64,000 nucleotides of DNA, taken from Lama glama (taxonomy: Eukaryota). Both the position numbers and the translations under genes were made by a program. Positions 40,441 through 52,889 of the stretch are shown in pieces. Within the stretch, counting starts at the first letter, position 1; every line of letters starts with the position of its first letter. The stretch is from contig CM052816.1 in NCBI GenBank assembly GCA_028534125.1, forward strand, positions 70,682,001 through 70,746,000. The letters run 5' to 3'. The notes below the pieces were generated by a model. It had not been told where the DNA came from. It searched no databases and saw only the letters and a program-made list of their open reading frames with translations.

Positions 40441-41224
40441 TAATACATGATGTCCGTACCGAGTTGAATGCAGAGATGTGTGTCTTATGTTCATGTATGT
40501 ATTTTTCTGGAGGGAGAGTTCACTGAATTCATAAGAGTGGTTTATGATCATCAAGGGATTAAGAACCAGTAACCTATTACACCCCTCTCGTTTGATAGAT
40601 GGAGAACCCAGAGCACAGGCGCTGGGTGATCTGCTGCGCACCATGTGGTTCATTAGTGGCTGACTTGGGATCAGCACCCAGGCATCCCGTGCCACTGTCA
40701 GTCACTTTTCACACTGTGGAGGAGACGATCCCTGAATTTTCATTTCTTTCCCGTATTTATTCTCATTTTCATAGTGCCTGCATAACATTCTGCCTCAACA
40801 AATTCGTGCCAAGAGTTGAGAATCTGGTCACACAGACCATCACCATTGTGTTGTTTTAGCTTTGTGGCTTCTGGAGGTAGCTGAAACCCTCGTGGCCCCA
40901 GGTGCTGCATTTGTAGAGTGATGAGAATAAGTCATAACAGACAAATTATTGTGAGAGGATTAAATGAGATCATTTACACACCCACATGCACACACAATGT
41001 GCCCCCTCACGCATTATTTGGTATAAGGCCTTTCAGCTGATAAGCACATCAACCGCTGTTATTATTACTCTGTTTAAGATTTTATTAAGCCTGTTCTTTA
41101 GTGCCACCTCCCCAGGCTTTAAAAAATCACTTCTTCTGTTTTCACCAGACTCTGATTTGAATGCAGCAATTGGGCTTTTACTAAATTCAGTAAAAAGCAG
41201 AGGCAGTAGTGACTGACTACTGCT

Positions 41225-41415
41225 ACAGAGGATGGAGTATTTACTCTGGAGCTTGGCTGCCTGGGTTCAAATCCTGGCTCCACCACTTGCTATATCTGTA
41301 ACCTTGGGCCAATGACACAGACTTTCCTGTGCCTTGGTTTCCTCATATGTAGAGTGGTGATAATAAACTAGCTCCCTCCTAGAGTTGTTATGAGGACTGA
41401 ATGATTTACTATATG
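41225..41415 (+). mobile_element. MIR SINE
   Basis: CTGCCTGGGTTCAAATCCTGGCTCCACCACTTGCTA...TAACCTTGGGC...GTGCCTTGGTTTCCTCATATGTA...AGAGTTGTTATGAGGA. Confidence 0.9.
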
Positions 41416-41784
41416 TTACAGCAGCCTGGTGAGGTGGACATTATTATGCTGGCTTTAAATAATCAGACAGTTGAACAGATTCACTGAAAGTCACACTGCT
41501 GTGTGTGGCAGAGTCATTATTTGAACTCGGAGTCAGCACTTCAGTGTTTCTCAATGTCATTTAAAAAAAGTAGTAGAGGGGAGAGGGCCTGGGGTGCTCT
41601 CTCTCAACAGTAGGATCTTTACAAGTCTGTCTTCCTTCAGAGGAATGAGAGGAGCCGCTCAGTGTGCCCTCTCTCCATGGGCATTCGACCAACCCTCTGT
41701 TGACTAGAGAAGCACCCTGAGGGTTTCAATATGTGTCTAGAGGTCTCCTCTGTCCTCCTGTCTGAGACGGCCTCAAACACTAGG

Positions 41785-41803
41785 GGGCCACCAGGTGGTA
41801 AAC
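41785..41803 (+). promoter_or_regulatory. CTCF-like motif
   Basis: GGGCCACCAGGTGGTAAAC versus the CTCF core CCASYAGRKGGCRS; motif match only. Confidence 0.35.
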
Positions 41804-42569
41804 TCCTGGGGAGCATCGTTACGACCAGCAGTGTTGCACACAACGCTGGGCACAGAGTCGATTCTCAAAAACTTATGCCTATTTCAGACGATTTTTTTCT
41901 CATTCTTTCTTCCTTGTGCTTTTACATGTTGTCTGAGTTTTGTAGGATAAACATGTGGTATTTTTAATAAAAAAAAAATTAGGTTGCTTTCCCTGCGGAA
42001 AAGCAGCATGTGGATTGATTGGTTGTTGACTTGCCATATCTCTCCCTTTGAAATCAATCCTTTGTCGTTGGCAAGCCAGGGGACGTGGCTCTTCCTGCCC
42101 AAAGGGAGCCGACTGATCTCCTCTGGTGGCAGCAGATCTCAGCCCACTCCTTCCCTCGGGACAAAGGAGAGGCTTGGAAGAGTGGTTGGACGGGAAGGCC
42201 CTGGGGGCCAGCTCTTTTTCCCACAATTCTTTCCTCGGTCTCTGACTCAGAGTGAAGCTGGCTCTATTTTCTGGTCTCCTCTTTCCTCTCTGCACCTAGT
42301 GTGCCAGAGTTGTTTTCCAAAGAACAGGCCGTGTAAAGTCTGTGACCCAAGCTTCATTGATATGGAAGACAGATGAGTGGAAAGGAAACCCAGCCTTCTC
42401 CAGCATTCTGTGAACAAAACCTTTTTAGAGAAAGCTTGTTCTTTTATGCTGAAGGGTACACAGTGAGGGAGGGGGCCAAATTCCTAGTGTGATATTTATC
42501 TTCTTACTCCAGTCCCTTCAGAAACTCTCTCTACCTCAGGATTCTTTTTGTTTGTTCTAAGAATTAGTT

Positions 42570-42572
42570 TGT

Positions 42573-42603
<31 letters not shown>

Positions 42604-42625
42604 AATGTGTGTATGTGTGTGTGTG
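42570..42625. repeat. (TG)n microsatellite
   Basis: Interrupted TG run. Confidence 0.95.
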
Positions 42626-44745
42626 AGCAAGAGATGTATCATTTTCTTCTTCCTTGTTACAACTAGAGAAAGGTTTGAAATTTTTGCCTATTTCATTTTC
42701 ACAAGATTTTCCACAGAATAATGCTGATTGATTTGTCACAGATGGAACTTAACGGATGAGAAACATTTAGCATCTTTCCAGGACCAGGGTGTCCTTCTAA
42801 GACTCTGAGATGGTACACTGGGGGAAGTATCGAAGGGTGAGAAATAGCGCAAGTGAGTAGGCAGCGAAAAGGTTGATGGCAAATAAATCTCCAAGGACTT
42901 CAGAATACTTAGATATAAACCTGAATGTGAGTTACCTATACAGTTGAAGAAAATGAATATGTATATTTTCTATTCCATGGGTACTTTTGTATTTCAGAGA
43001 AGAGACACTTTCAGATCTTCATAGGGCTGTTCACCTCAAGTGTCCCTAAGTGACAGAAGAGTAAGAATGATATCTTCAAACTGTAGGGGATTTGGGTTTG
43101 TTAGCATGTTCTCAAGCCATGTGTAGGAAATTGGAGAATTATTTTGTGTCTTCTATCTTTTTTTTAAAAATCGTATAAACTTTCAAACAATCTTAAAACA
43201 AAAATGTTCTAGGAAGATGCATCAAGCCCACTATTTGACTTGAATGACCCCTTTTTTTGTCAACCTGTGTGCATTTCTGTTTGTTTATGTTTAAGAAGCA
43301 CGGCCTCAGATGATGGAAGGTTTTTTTTGAAAGGATAAACAGGGACAAAAGAACGACAAGAATTTATTTGTGGTTTTCAGATTCACCCTGCACGTCTAGG
43401 TGGTGCAGCGCCAAGTCATTAAACATGGAAATCTTTTAAAGAAGAAATATGTCTTAGTCACTCAGCTCAGGAGGGGCCATGTGCATCATAAACATTTTAC
43501 GGAGATGTTATATACTGAATGTCTAACTACAAATATTTAATAAATAATATTTGTGCAATTTTGTATAACTTCTGATAAATAATTAGAACTTATCAAAAAA
43601 CTCAGCATGCTTGAGTTGTCTTTTGCATTAAATCTGAGTAACTGTCAGCCAAACTGCTATTTCAAAGAATGAAATAAGAGTGGCGGGCTTTGTAATTAAA
43701 AGGGACCAAACATTGTCATAAGATCTGACTCTAAGCCCAGCGGAAGAGAAACCAGGAAGGATCTTGTCACATTAGGACCTTTATCACAGGAAGAAGGCCT
43801 GGGAAGAAGTAAAACACACCTCCTGGAGAAAACCCTCACCAGTTTAAGGGGCCGAGTTAGACGTGTCTGTATTTGATTTAAAGATATATATTAAAAAATA
43901 CAGTCCATACCAGGAAGATCATGGTATTGTCTGTGTGAGAGCTAGAATGGACTTCAGGCACCTAGGATGTTCTGTCAACATACACATCATCTCTGTGTTA
44001 CGGTTGCATAACTGAGATGAAGAGAGTTGGCCAAGTTCATATGATTGACAAGTGGTAACACAGAGATCATTAGCCAGGCTTCCTGCATCCTAGCACAGAA
44101 TTCTTCCAGCTTACACTCTTTTGCTTTCCCATGAGTCAAACAGTGTGATTAGTGTCTTCTGAGTGGTGACTCAAGTATTTTGTTTTTAAAAAATATACAA
44201 CATTAAATGTGAATAAAGTAAGCCATTTAAGTCATGGAGACAGCACGGTTACAACCAACATGCTTATCAATACTTTTCAAACTGCCTCCAGCCTCAATTT
44301 GGAGAGGCCACTATCTTCAGTGAATGAAACATTCAAGTTCTAATTTAGTGAGAATGCTGTAGTCCTAGGGGATATTTTTATATGGAATTCCCTGTAGTTG
44401 TCTAATTTTAGACAGCTGGAACTCATTTGTTAGGCTGTAGTCTATTCCACTTTTTGAAAAGGCCAATACTTTTTTTTCCCCACACACATAAGTGGAACTT
44501 TCCAGAAAGTCTGAACACATGGCCCTACTTGAACTTACAGGATGGCAGCTACTCGGGGACCCTACTGGGTCTTCCACCTGTGTCCAGTTATTAGAGTTCT
44601 GCTGTGATAAGTACCCATTCAAGGCTGAGGGACTGGCTGCCTTCTGGGATCCCATTGTTTATGCTCTTCCGTGTATTTAATGTTCTGTTTCTGTAATTAC
44701 TGTTGTTGAATCCGACCAAGAACCCAGGTGTGCCCGCTCTTGCAG

Positions 44746-44845
44746 ATCCATGTCATCTTGAAAGTTCAGGAATCCACACTCTAGTTGGAACAGAAGAGTA
44801 GAGGAAGAAGGAAGGAAATACTCATCACCTTGACTCCAAAACATG
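44746..44845 (+). other. Candidate 100-nt 5'UTR exon ending in ATG
   Basis: Acceptor TGCCCGCTCTTGCAG|, donor ATG|GTGAGA; all frames closed upstream; terminal AAAACATG has A at -3. Confidence 0.25.
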
Positions 44846-46222
44846 GTGAGACAGCTTTGCAACACACACAAGTTTGAGAGGTTCCAGCAGCTTGTTGGCA
44901 GTTTGAATGTGGTTTGTTTTACACGTTAACGCTGTCTGCTGCATGGAGACGGAGCCCTATCTATCAGAGATGAGAAGCAGAACAAAGCCCACTCTGACTC
45001 CCCACCTTGCTTTTATCAAACGGCATCTGACAAATGAAACAACAGGAAGTTTTGCTGGAAGAGGTTGATGGCTGAGGTTTATACAGCAAGCAGTGAGTGT
45101 TTAGAAATATCATAAGACCAAGCATTGGCCTTACCCCCATGGCAATGTGGTGGGTTCCATGTTAAAAATAAGACAAGTGTCTGTAAAGAGCAAACCACTG
45201 GCTTTGGGGGGTTTTCTCCTGCTCTATTCTCTGGAAAGTTCCTTGTCTGTTGTGGTACACTGTGTTCCAGCTCATACCATTCAGGTGCACAGCTGAACCT
45301 TTTCTACAGACAGAGGGACTGATGGAGTTCATGTAGTCATGGTTTAATATGAGCAAGGTGTCACTAAGAAATTTCTAGGCACAGTTAAAGTACAAATTAA
45401 TCTTTGTCAGGTGTTTTCTGCTGTTTGTTGACTTTGGGGCCCTGACTTTTGGGACTTAGGTTTAGCTGGATAGACCCACCAGTACCAAATCATTTATTCA
45501 TTAGTTCCACAAATCCTCATCAGATGCTGTGCACTGTGCCATTCACTCAGGGCTGTGAGAATCTGATAGTCGTAACTCCTGATGCTATGCAGATCATGTA
45601 GAGAAACAATTGTTTTTAACCTTAATCTGCCCTCTCAAGCAGTCTTTATCAGCCAGTTCCATGTGAGAATTAAGCTGTATAGAAAGTGATTTGAGTGACT
45701 ACATTCTCAATTCTTAAGGATGGATATAGTTGGTGCCATTCCAGATGTGTAGGAGATAAGTTAATTCACACACGTGCATGCTTTAAGCTGTTAGGGCTTA
45801 ATGGACCCGGGTTGATGAGGGTTTCTTAAAAAGAATGAAGCCCTATCTTCTTAGAGCTCCCACTACAACCTTGGTCAAAACTAGTATGAGGAGACAACAT
45901 TACTAATGATTAGGGGGGATTCACAGCACCCTCCCTTCCCCTACACAACTGGCCTTGAGAAGAGAAAGGACAAATAAAGGTCAGTAGATTCTCTTAAGAA
46001 AAAATAACTCCTAATGTTGAACGAGTTGAGTGAATACTTTATGGAAGGAGTTACTGTTGAACATGATCACTAATCAGATAGTAAGAAAGATTAAATTTGT
46101 CTGGGAAGGAAGAATGTGAAGCGGTTGAGAGTTTCTGGGCACTGAAGAAAGGCGAGGACCTTGGGTAATTTTCTTAACACCTCCAGGGCTCAAATATGCC
46201 CTTTCTAAAATACGGAGGTTGA

Positions 46223-46397
46223 CAGCAGTTCTTAATCTCTTTTTTGGTTTTGGGTGCTTATATAAGTCTGATGAAATCTACTGATACTCTCCCCAGAAAG
46301 ATTTATGAATGCATATTTGCACTAAATTGTGCATAGCTTTGAGGAAGGTCACTGACTTCCTGAAGTATATCCATGGGCTTGAGGATAAGAATACCTA
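46223..46397 (+). mobile_element. MER117-like hAT-Charlie element
   Basis: CAGCAGTTCTTAATCT...TCTGATGAAATCTA...ACTCTCCCCAGAAA...CCTGAAGTATATCCATGG...AGGATAAGAATACCT. Confidence 0.7.
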
Positions 46398-46879
46398 GAC
46401 AGAACAGATTTTGAAATTTATATTTATATATAATGGGATTCCTCAAATCACTTTAAGATCATGAATAATTATTAATGATTAGGAATTGTTAACAAGTTCT
46501 CTGTGAGAACTTAGACCTTCCCTTTCAGTTCCCTCAGACATCTCTCAGGTTTGTCTCCTCCTGACACCAAACCTGTGGCTTGGGCTTCTTAAGGACAATC
46601 TTGTAGCTGGAGCTTAGCGCAGAGCCTGCTGAAAGAAAATCGCGTGTGAGTCCACACAGCTCTGAAGCATCTGAAGAGGACAGAGCACTGACCCAAGTTT
46701 ACAAAGGAGCCAGAACATTTGACTTGATAGCAGCTCACATAGAACAAATTTGGGGATTTTACTTGAGCACAACCTCACTCTGAGCCAACAGTGTGACATA
46801 GTTTCTAAAATTGTCTGTACAAGGCCCATGAGCCTTTAAAGAAGTTGAATTTTCAAGCCTGGATGGTCAAATTCCAGGG

Positions 46880-47360
46880 CGCAGTGCAGGACACACCACA
46901 TTTACAATTTAGAGGCATATCATGGGGTTCATAATTCAAAGGGTCATTGTTGGAGTGAAAAAAATATTAAAGGGGGAGCAGGATGAAGAAGGATCTGGAA
47001 ATTTTGCCATAAGAGGAATGGTCACAAAGACCAGGAATGTTTCATCTGGGAAGAGAAACCTAGGTTTTCTTTAATTTGCCATGAGTATGACATGGAAAGT
47101 GGAGCCATCTTACCCTGCCAGATTTAATTCTGTGTGAGGAAGGCTTCAAACAAGACATGCGGTGTATATATGAGACACACTTCTTGGTAAAGGGGCGGAA
47201 GGCAACTGCAAGAGATGAAACAGGAGCTGTATGGCCACCTCTCCAGGGGAATTCTGGAAGGGATCTAGTTGGGGGGGGGTCAGAGTGAGAACAGTGGTTG
47301 GTGAGAGAGGACTTGATGAAATCTGAAAGAAATTTCTTCAGTCTATGGGATGCTATAACT
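46880..47360 (+). mobile_element. L3/CR1 LINE 3' fragment
   Basis: GGATGAAGAAGGATCTGGAAATTTTGCCATAAGAGGAATGG...GGAATGTTTCATCTGGGAAGAGAA resembles L3. Confidence 0.65.
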
Positions 47361-47959
47361 CTAGGTTTTTTGGGGTGGAGGAGGTGGCTTGGGAGAGGCG
47401 ACTCCTAGAAAGAGAGTATAGTCTTTTCTGAAATTAATGAAGACACTGTGAAAGTGGCCTCCTCCTTGGTCACTGATCCCAGAATGTGAGTGTCAGTTTG
47501 GCAGCTAAGTTAAAGATGAGGAATGGAAGGCTGTAAACTATCTGTGATGATTGGCAGATTCCCTAGTGAAATATTTGCCCTATGGAGTGAAAGGAGCTGT
47601 TGTAAATACAGCCTGCCCACACATACTGAGACTGCATTACGTGGAAATAAGCAGAAATAAGTAGCAATATGGTCATACACACAATGTATGTTTCACTGAC
47701 TTCACAGCATTCCTCCAGGGTGCCCTCATCCTCCTTTCACAGAAAGCAAATACAGGTTTAGATGAGGTAACATAGCAAGGAATAGTTGAGCTGGAACTTG
47801 AACTCAACAGTCTGAGTTGAGCCCCCATATGGGCCATGCAGTTAATCACACCAGACACTGCCTCAAACAAATTTGTTTTTGAAAGAGGTCCACAGTGTTA
47901 TTTAGTCTTTCCCATTGTGGACCATATATGTCCACAATGATTATTCAGTAAAGATTACG

Positions 47960-48025
47960 TGTAAATCATTGAGTAATGATTGACAGAGCCTTTGTAAATC
48001 ATTGAGTAATGATTGACAGAGCATT
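47960..48025. repeat. 33-bp tandem duplication
   Basis: TGTAAATCATTGAGTAATGATTGACAGAGCCTT then TGTAAATCATTGAGTAATGATTGACAGAGCATT (1 mismatch). Confidence 0.97.
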
Positions 48026-49467
48026 CTTATACGCCAGGCACTAATTTAGGGTTGGGGCTACAGCAGTGAACAAAACAGACAGAGACGTCAAGTCCCACTT
48101 AATATGCTAGTGGAGAGAAACAGTTAATAATCAGGAAGGACATTTTAAAGCGAGTTAGAAAGCAATAAATGCTATAAACATAGCAGGAGAGGGGGTAGGA
48201 GATGCTGAGGGAGCAGCTTTAAACTGGGATGTAGAAGTCCCCTTGAAAGGCAGTATCTGATGGGGGTTCTCCTTTGATCCAAGTGAATTTGAGTTTTTCA
48301 TCAGCTCTGCAGGGAGATGCTTGGGGAGTCTAGGAGAAACCCGTCACTAAGAGTAGGACAAGTTGCTCCTTTAACCTACAGTACCCACAGCTTAAGCGGG
48401 CGTGAAAGTGATGCGTTCAGCAGCATGTACACAAAAATGGAAAGTGCAGCGTTCATCGGCCCTAAAGACCACAGCCCTGGGCTGCTGCATCCTTCCAGCT
48501 GAATTAAGTGTGGGAAGAATAGGCCATCTGCTTCTGGCTCGTGTGGCAGGAGGAAGTGAACATTTCAGACCTGTCCATCAGTGGCTCCTGGGGAAACACC
48601 AGACATCTCTTGAACAAATAGCATGCATTCCTGTGAGGTCTGTAGTGAAGTTTGCCAACAAGGAAGATCTGACAGGATGTCCAGTGTTTTGCTAACTACC
48701 TCCATCGGTCATTTATGCTGCTGGAAGTTTTCCCACACAAAACTCTAAAGCTTTGAAGAGTCCAGTGCTTTTTTTTTTTTTTGTTCCCTTTTCTTTACAT
48801 ACATGTGACTTTAGGCCAGAAGATTTATTTTTCACCCTTAGGTTTATTTTCCCTCCTTACTGCTGAAGAAAAGGCATAGGAACCACAGGACAGTAAGATC
48901 TGTTGCCTAGAATGACAAACTCTGAGCCCTTTGAGGGCAAGGGTTATGGCTTTTCCATATTGGTAACCCAGAAGCTAAAACCATAATCATGACTTGAATC
49001 TTGTAGGTAGGCCTTAAATATTTGTTACAAGTTGAATACATGGGGTTCTTCCTCATGGTTATTTCAGGAATAATGGGCACACAAAGATATCAAGCTCCTT
49101 TTATTTTAAAATAAGCAAGCACATCTAATATGCTAGACGATCTTTAATTTAATTTGAGAGTAGAATAAAAATAAATAACCAAATAGCAAGAATTAAAGTT
49201 CACTTCTTGGTGTCTTTGATTCTGAGTATTCATTTTCTCTTCTGAACAGAAATTTCCTTTACAGAATATACAGGAAGATGAGCAGAAAATGATGTTTAGG
49301 GAGGAAATTAACACCAGTAAACCCAAACCACAAAACCTATCATGGGCTTTTTAATAAGTGATTTTGCTCAGCCCTCTTAGGAAGCCATTTGCCTTCATGT
49401 TTTGCAGTTTTTCTTTTCTTAATGTGCAAAAGCTGATAAATGCTGGGAAGCCAAACACTGTCTCCTT

Positions 49468-49546
49468 TAGGTTTTGTTTTTTTAAAATGGGGATATGAGA
49501 CTGGAAAATAAAATTAAAGAGCAGAGAATCGTCGTTTTGTCTGCCC
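49468..49546 (+). repeat. Copy 1 of ~78-bp dispersed direct repeat
   Basis: Near-identical to 50913-50989. Confidence 0.92.
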
Positions 49547-49758
49547 AAATTCCTCTGAAACTTCCCCTTATTTTTATTTTTCCAAGTACTGAATGAAGAC
49601 TTATGTCTGACACTCCAGAGAAGAATGTTACTTGCATTGGAGTGACAGAAATGCCCAGCTAACAATTCTCTGGATGAATCTGGCATTTTAAGAAGAATCT
49701 GGCTTCACCGATGTATGCGTCAAGAATGTCCATGTTTTGAGAAAAAGTGACTTTTCTT

Positions 49759-50185
49759 TTTTTTATGTTATATATATTAATTTTACTTAGGCATAATTTT
49801 AAACATGGAATTTCCATTCATGTTTCCTGTCAGTTTTTTTTAACTTTTTTATGGAGGTATAGTTTTATTGAGTTATATAGTCATTTTATGATGTTGTGTC
49901 AAATTCCAGTGTAGAGCACAATTTTTCAGTTATACATGAACATATATATATACATCGTCACATTCTTTTCACTGTGAGCCACCACAAGATCTTGTATATA
50001 ATTCCCTGTGCTAATATATAATCTTGTCTATCTATTCTGCATATGCCTGTTAGTGTCTACAAATTTTGAACTCCCAGTCTGTCCCTTCCCACCCTCCTCC
50101 CCCTTGGTTACAAGTTTATATTCTATGTCTATGAGTGTTTCTGTTTTGTATTTATGTTCCTTTTTTTTTAGAGTCCACATATGAG
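49759..50185 (-). mobile_element. 5'-truncated camelid-type L1 with probable 3' transduction and 32-bp TSD
   Basis: TSD TGTCCATGTTTTGAGAAAAAGTGACTTTTCTT at 49727-49758 and 50186-50217; L1 3'UTR at ~49834-50185; ~70 bp non-L1 sequence between two T-tracts. Confidence 0.9.
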
Positions 50186-50912
50186 TGTCCATGTTTTGAG
50201 AAAAAGTGACTTTTCTTAAATGTCATGGTTTTTTTTGCCTTTGAAAGACTAAATATCTTAACCATTACTGCTAATAAAATTAGTTTGTGCCATTTCCCCC
50301 CTTTCTTCTATAAATAGCTACTCTCATTCAATCATGGCAGGTCCTAAGTGCCATTTCCATAACTGACGTATTTCCAGGTTTAGGCTTAATGTTGGAATAC
50401 AGTAGATAAAAATAACTTTACTTGGTTCCCTGTAAAATAAAGCTTCTGATGGAAAAATCTGAAAGAAAAAGAAGTCCACTCTGTTAATCACCATGCAATA
50501 CTGACTCTCTCATTGTTTTAAATGAGAAACTTAACAGTCAGGAAAACAGAAGCCCCTCTGTGTATTTCAGGCATAAAGAACTCAAGCCAGACGTTAGGTG
50601 CTTATGAGACTTCTGGAAAGGCAGGAGGAAAGCTTACCTCTAGATCTCAGGTTTGCTGCTTTGAGGAAATTGAATGGCTGACAATGATCACAGCTGCTCC
50701 CAGCACCAAGAAAGGTGTTTTTCAGGGAAATAAGGAGAAGCTGCTATAATTTCATGTCTGCTCATGTACATGGGTCTTCCTTCTACTCTGGCCTGCGGGG
50801 GACCAAAACTGTGGCTTCTGCCTGTTGTTTTTTTCCTTCCTTCTGAATTTTGCTTGAGTGTCTCATGTCTAGAGTGGAAACTACGGGCAGGGATTCTAGG
50901 AAATAGAGTTCC

Positions 50913-50989
50913 TAGGTTTGCTTTTTAAAATGGGGATATGAGAATGGAAAGTAAAATAAAAAAGCAGAGAATCATCATTTTGTCTGCCC
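50913..50989 (+). repeat. Copy 2 of ~78-bp dispersed direct repeat
   Basis: Near-identical to 49468-49546. Confidence 0.92.
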
Positions 50990-52049
50990 TTCAGCCTTCT
51001 GATTCAGTTGAGAGCACTTGGGGGAGAAAATGATGTTAAGTTACTAGCAGATCATCTGCCACTAAGGGGGAAAAAAAAGACTGTTGGAAGTTAGAGAGTA
51101 ACAACATAGCCCAAGACAAAATTCTAGGCCTAACTGATAAACCAGTGGTCTGCACCCACCCTAAAAATAAAATGTTCATTATCATAAGCCTCATAGTTTC
51201 AGAGGAAACCAAATCATGCTATGAACACCTCACTTCCTTTATTTGGTAGGGTGCTACGACAGGCAAAGATGAGGAAGGCATTGCCACTGTATCTCTGAAT
51301 TTGGAGGATTGTAAAAACACATCATGCTATCCTTGTGCCCAAGTGTGAACTTCTTGATACTATTATATTGTTGAGGAATTCGTAATTGGTTAACCACCCC
51401 ATTTAAAAAAAGTCATTGGTGGGTTAATGTCAGCTTATCCAGAGGAAGTTCTCAAATAGTGAGCCACAAGTCCCAGGATTTAACTCTTTATTGGGTGAAA
51501 TGTCCTGAGATATTAAATCATTAGAACTTTCTAAAATGGTATGGGCTGAAATGGCACTCCATAACCAGCCACTGGAATGCCTTATCTGCAATTAAATATC
51601 ATGTTCACATGCAAATAATAAAAATGTTTATTTGAGTAATTCTTTGCCCTGCATAGTGAAAGGGGTCCTGTGATAGCAGATGTCTCTCTTCAGCCAGCAC
51701 ATAACTCCCTCTGTCCTCTCCTGGTTCCGCATAGCTAACCCCTCCTGCTGGATGAGGCGTGGAGGATGGTGAGAGGAACACTGAATGTGATGCGTCAGTA
51801 GTCGTGCATGTTAGTTTGTTCTCTTTTCCCACTTCTCGTTTATGCCAAATAGAATCAAATGCTAATGAGAAGGATCAGTTTGGACTTGGGCTGAGGGTGG
51901 AGAGGAGCAGGTGGAGGCACATACTCGACCTCCTAACAAACAGTCCCGTTAGAATGTCTCACAGTGACTTCAAAATACGGCCCAAATTTGACTTGTCATC
52001 TTGTGCCGCCTTCTACTCACTTGCCTAAGCCAGAAAATGACATCATCCT

Positions 52050-52740
52050 CCAATTCTGGCCTCACTCACCATGTCAACGATCAATTCACGTCTGTTTTAC
52101 CTCCTAAACATCTCCAAAATCTCCTGTTTATCTCCACCCACCCTCCCCCACCATCTTACTCTAGGTCACAATCTTTTTCAGTAGCTTTAGTGCAGCTGCC
52201 TCCTATTTGGGTTTACAAATTTCTCTTCATCTGCCAGTGTCCGTGTTATTTTTGTTCCTATCTTTTTAAAAATGACCTTACAAAGTGCACACTAGATCAT
52301 GTCTTTCTCTCTGTAACACCTGTTGATAGTTCCAGTTGCCCTTAGGGTAAAGTTCAGACGTCAAATATGTGATATAAACCTCGTTACGATCTGGCTCTGC
52401 TTAGCTGTCAGCTTCATTTCTTTGTACTTCAACCACATTGAGACGCTTACAGCTTCCTGAAACCCTCCCACCTTGCCTCAATCACCCCTCTTTTGTCTGG
52501 GCAATGTGTATGCCTTCTTCAGGTCTTCCTTAGTTGTCACATCCTCTGGAAATCCCCCCCAGCTCCCCAAGGCTGGGATTCATTTCTTGCACCACTAAAG
52601 CAACCTGTAACACTTACCACGTCGTATCAGAGTCACTAGTAAGCCCCATAGAGAAGGTATTTTCTTCTGCATTTTACCTAGCAGCATTTACCTAGTACCT
52701 AGAGTGAAGTAATTAAACATAGTTGTATGAGTGTCATTAA
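52050..52740 (+). mobile_element. L2 fragment
   Basis: TTTTACCTCCTAAACATCTCCAAAATC; TAGATCATGTCTTTCTC...CCAGTTGCCCTTAGGGTAAAGTTCAGAC; CCTTCTTCAGGTCTTCCTTAGTTGTCACATCCTCTGGAAA. Confidence 0.8.
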
Positions 52741-52889
52741 AATAAGGACTGAGAAAGAATAGTTACTTGAAATTTAATCCAGGCCACTTCAAGTCCATTC
52801 TAAGAGGACTACTTGGGCGTTAGAGACTCGTTCTTTTGTTACGAGTTTTCGGTTTCTGTTTCTGACTTTTGATATGACTTCAGTTAGAT

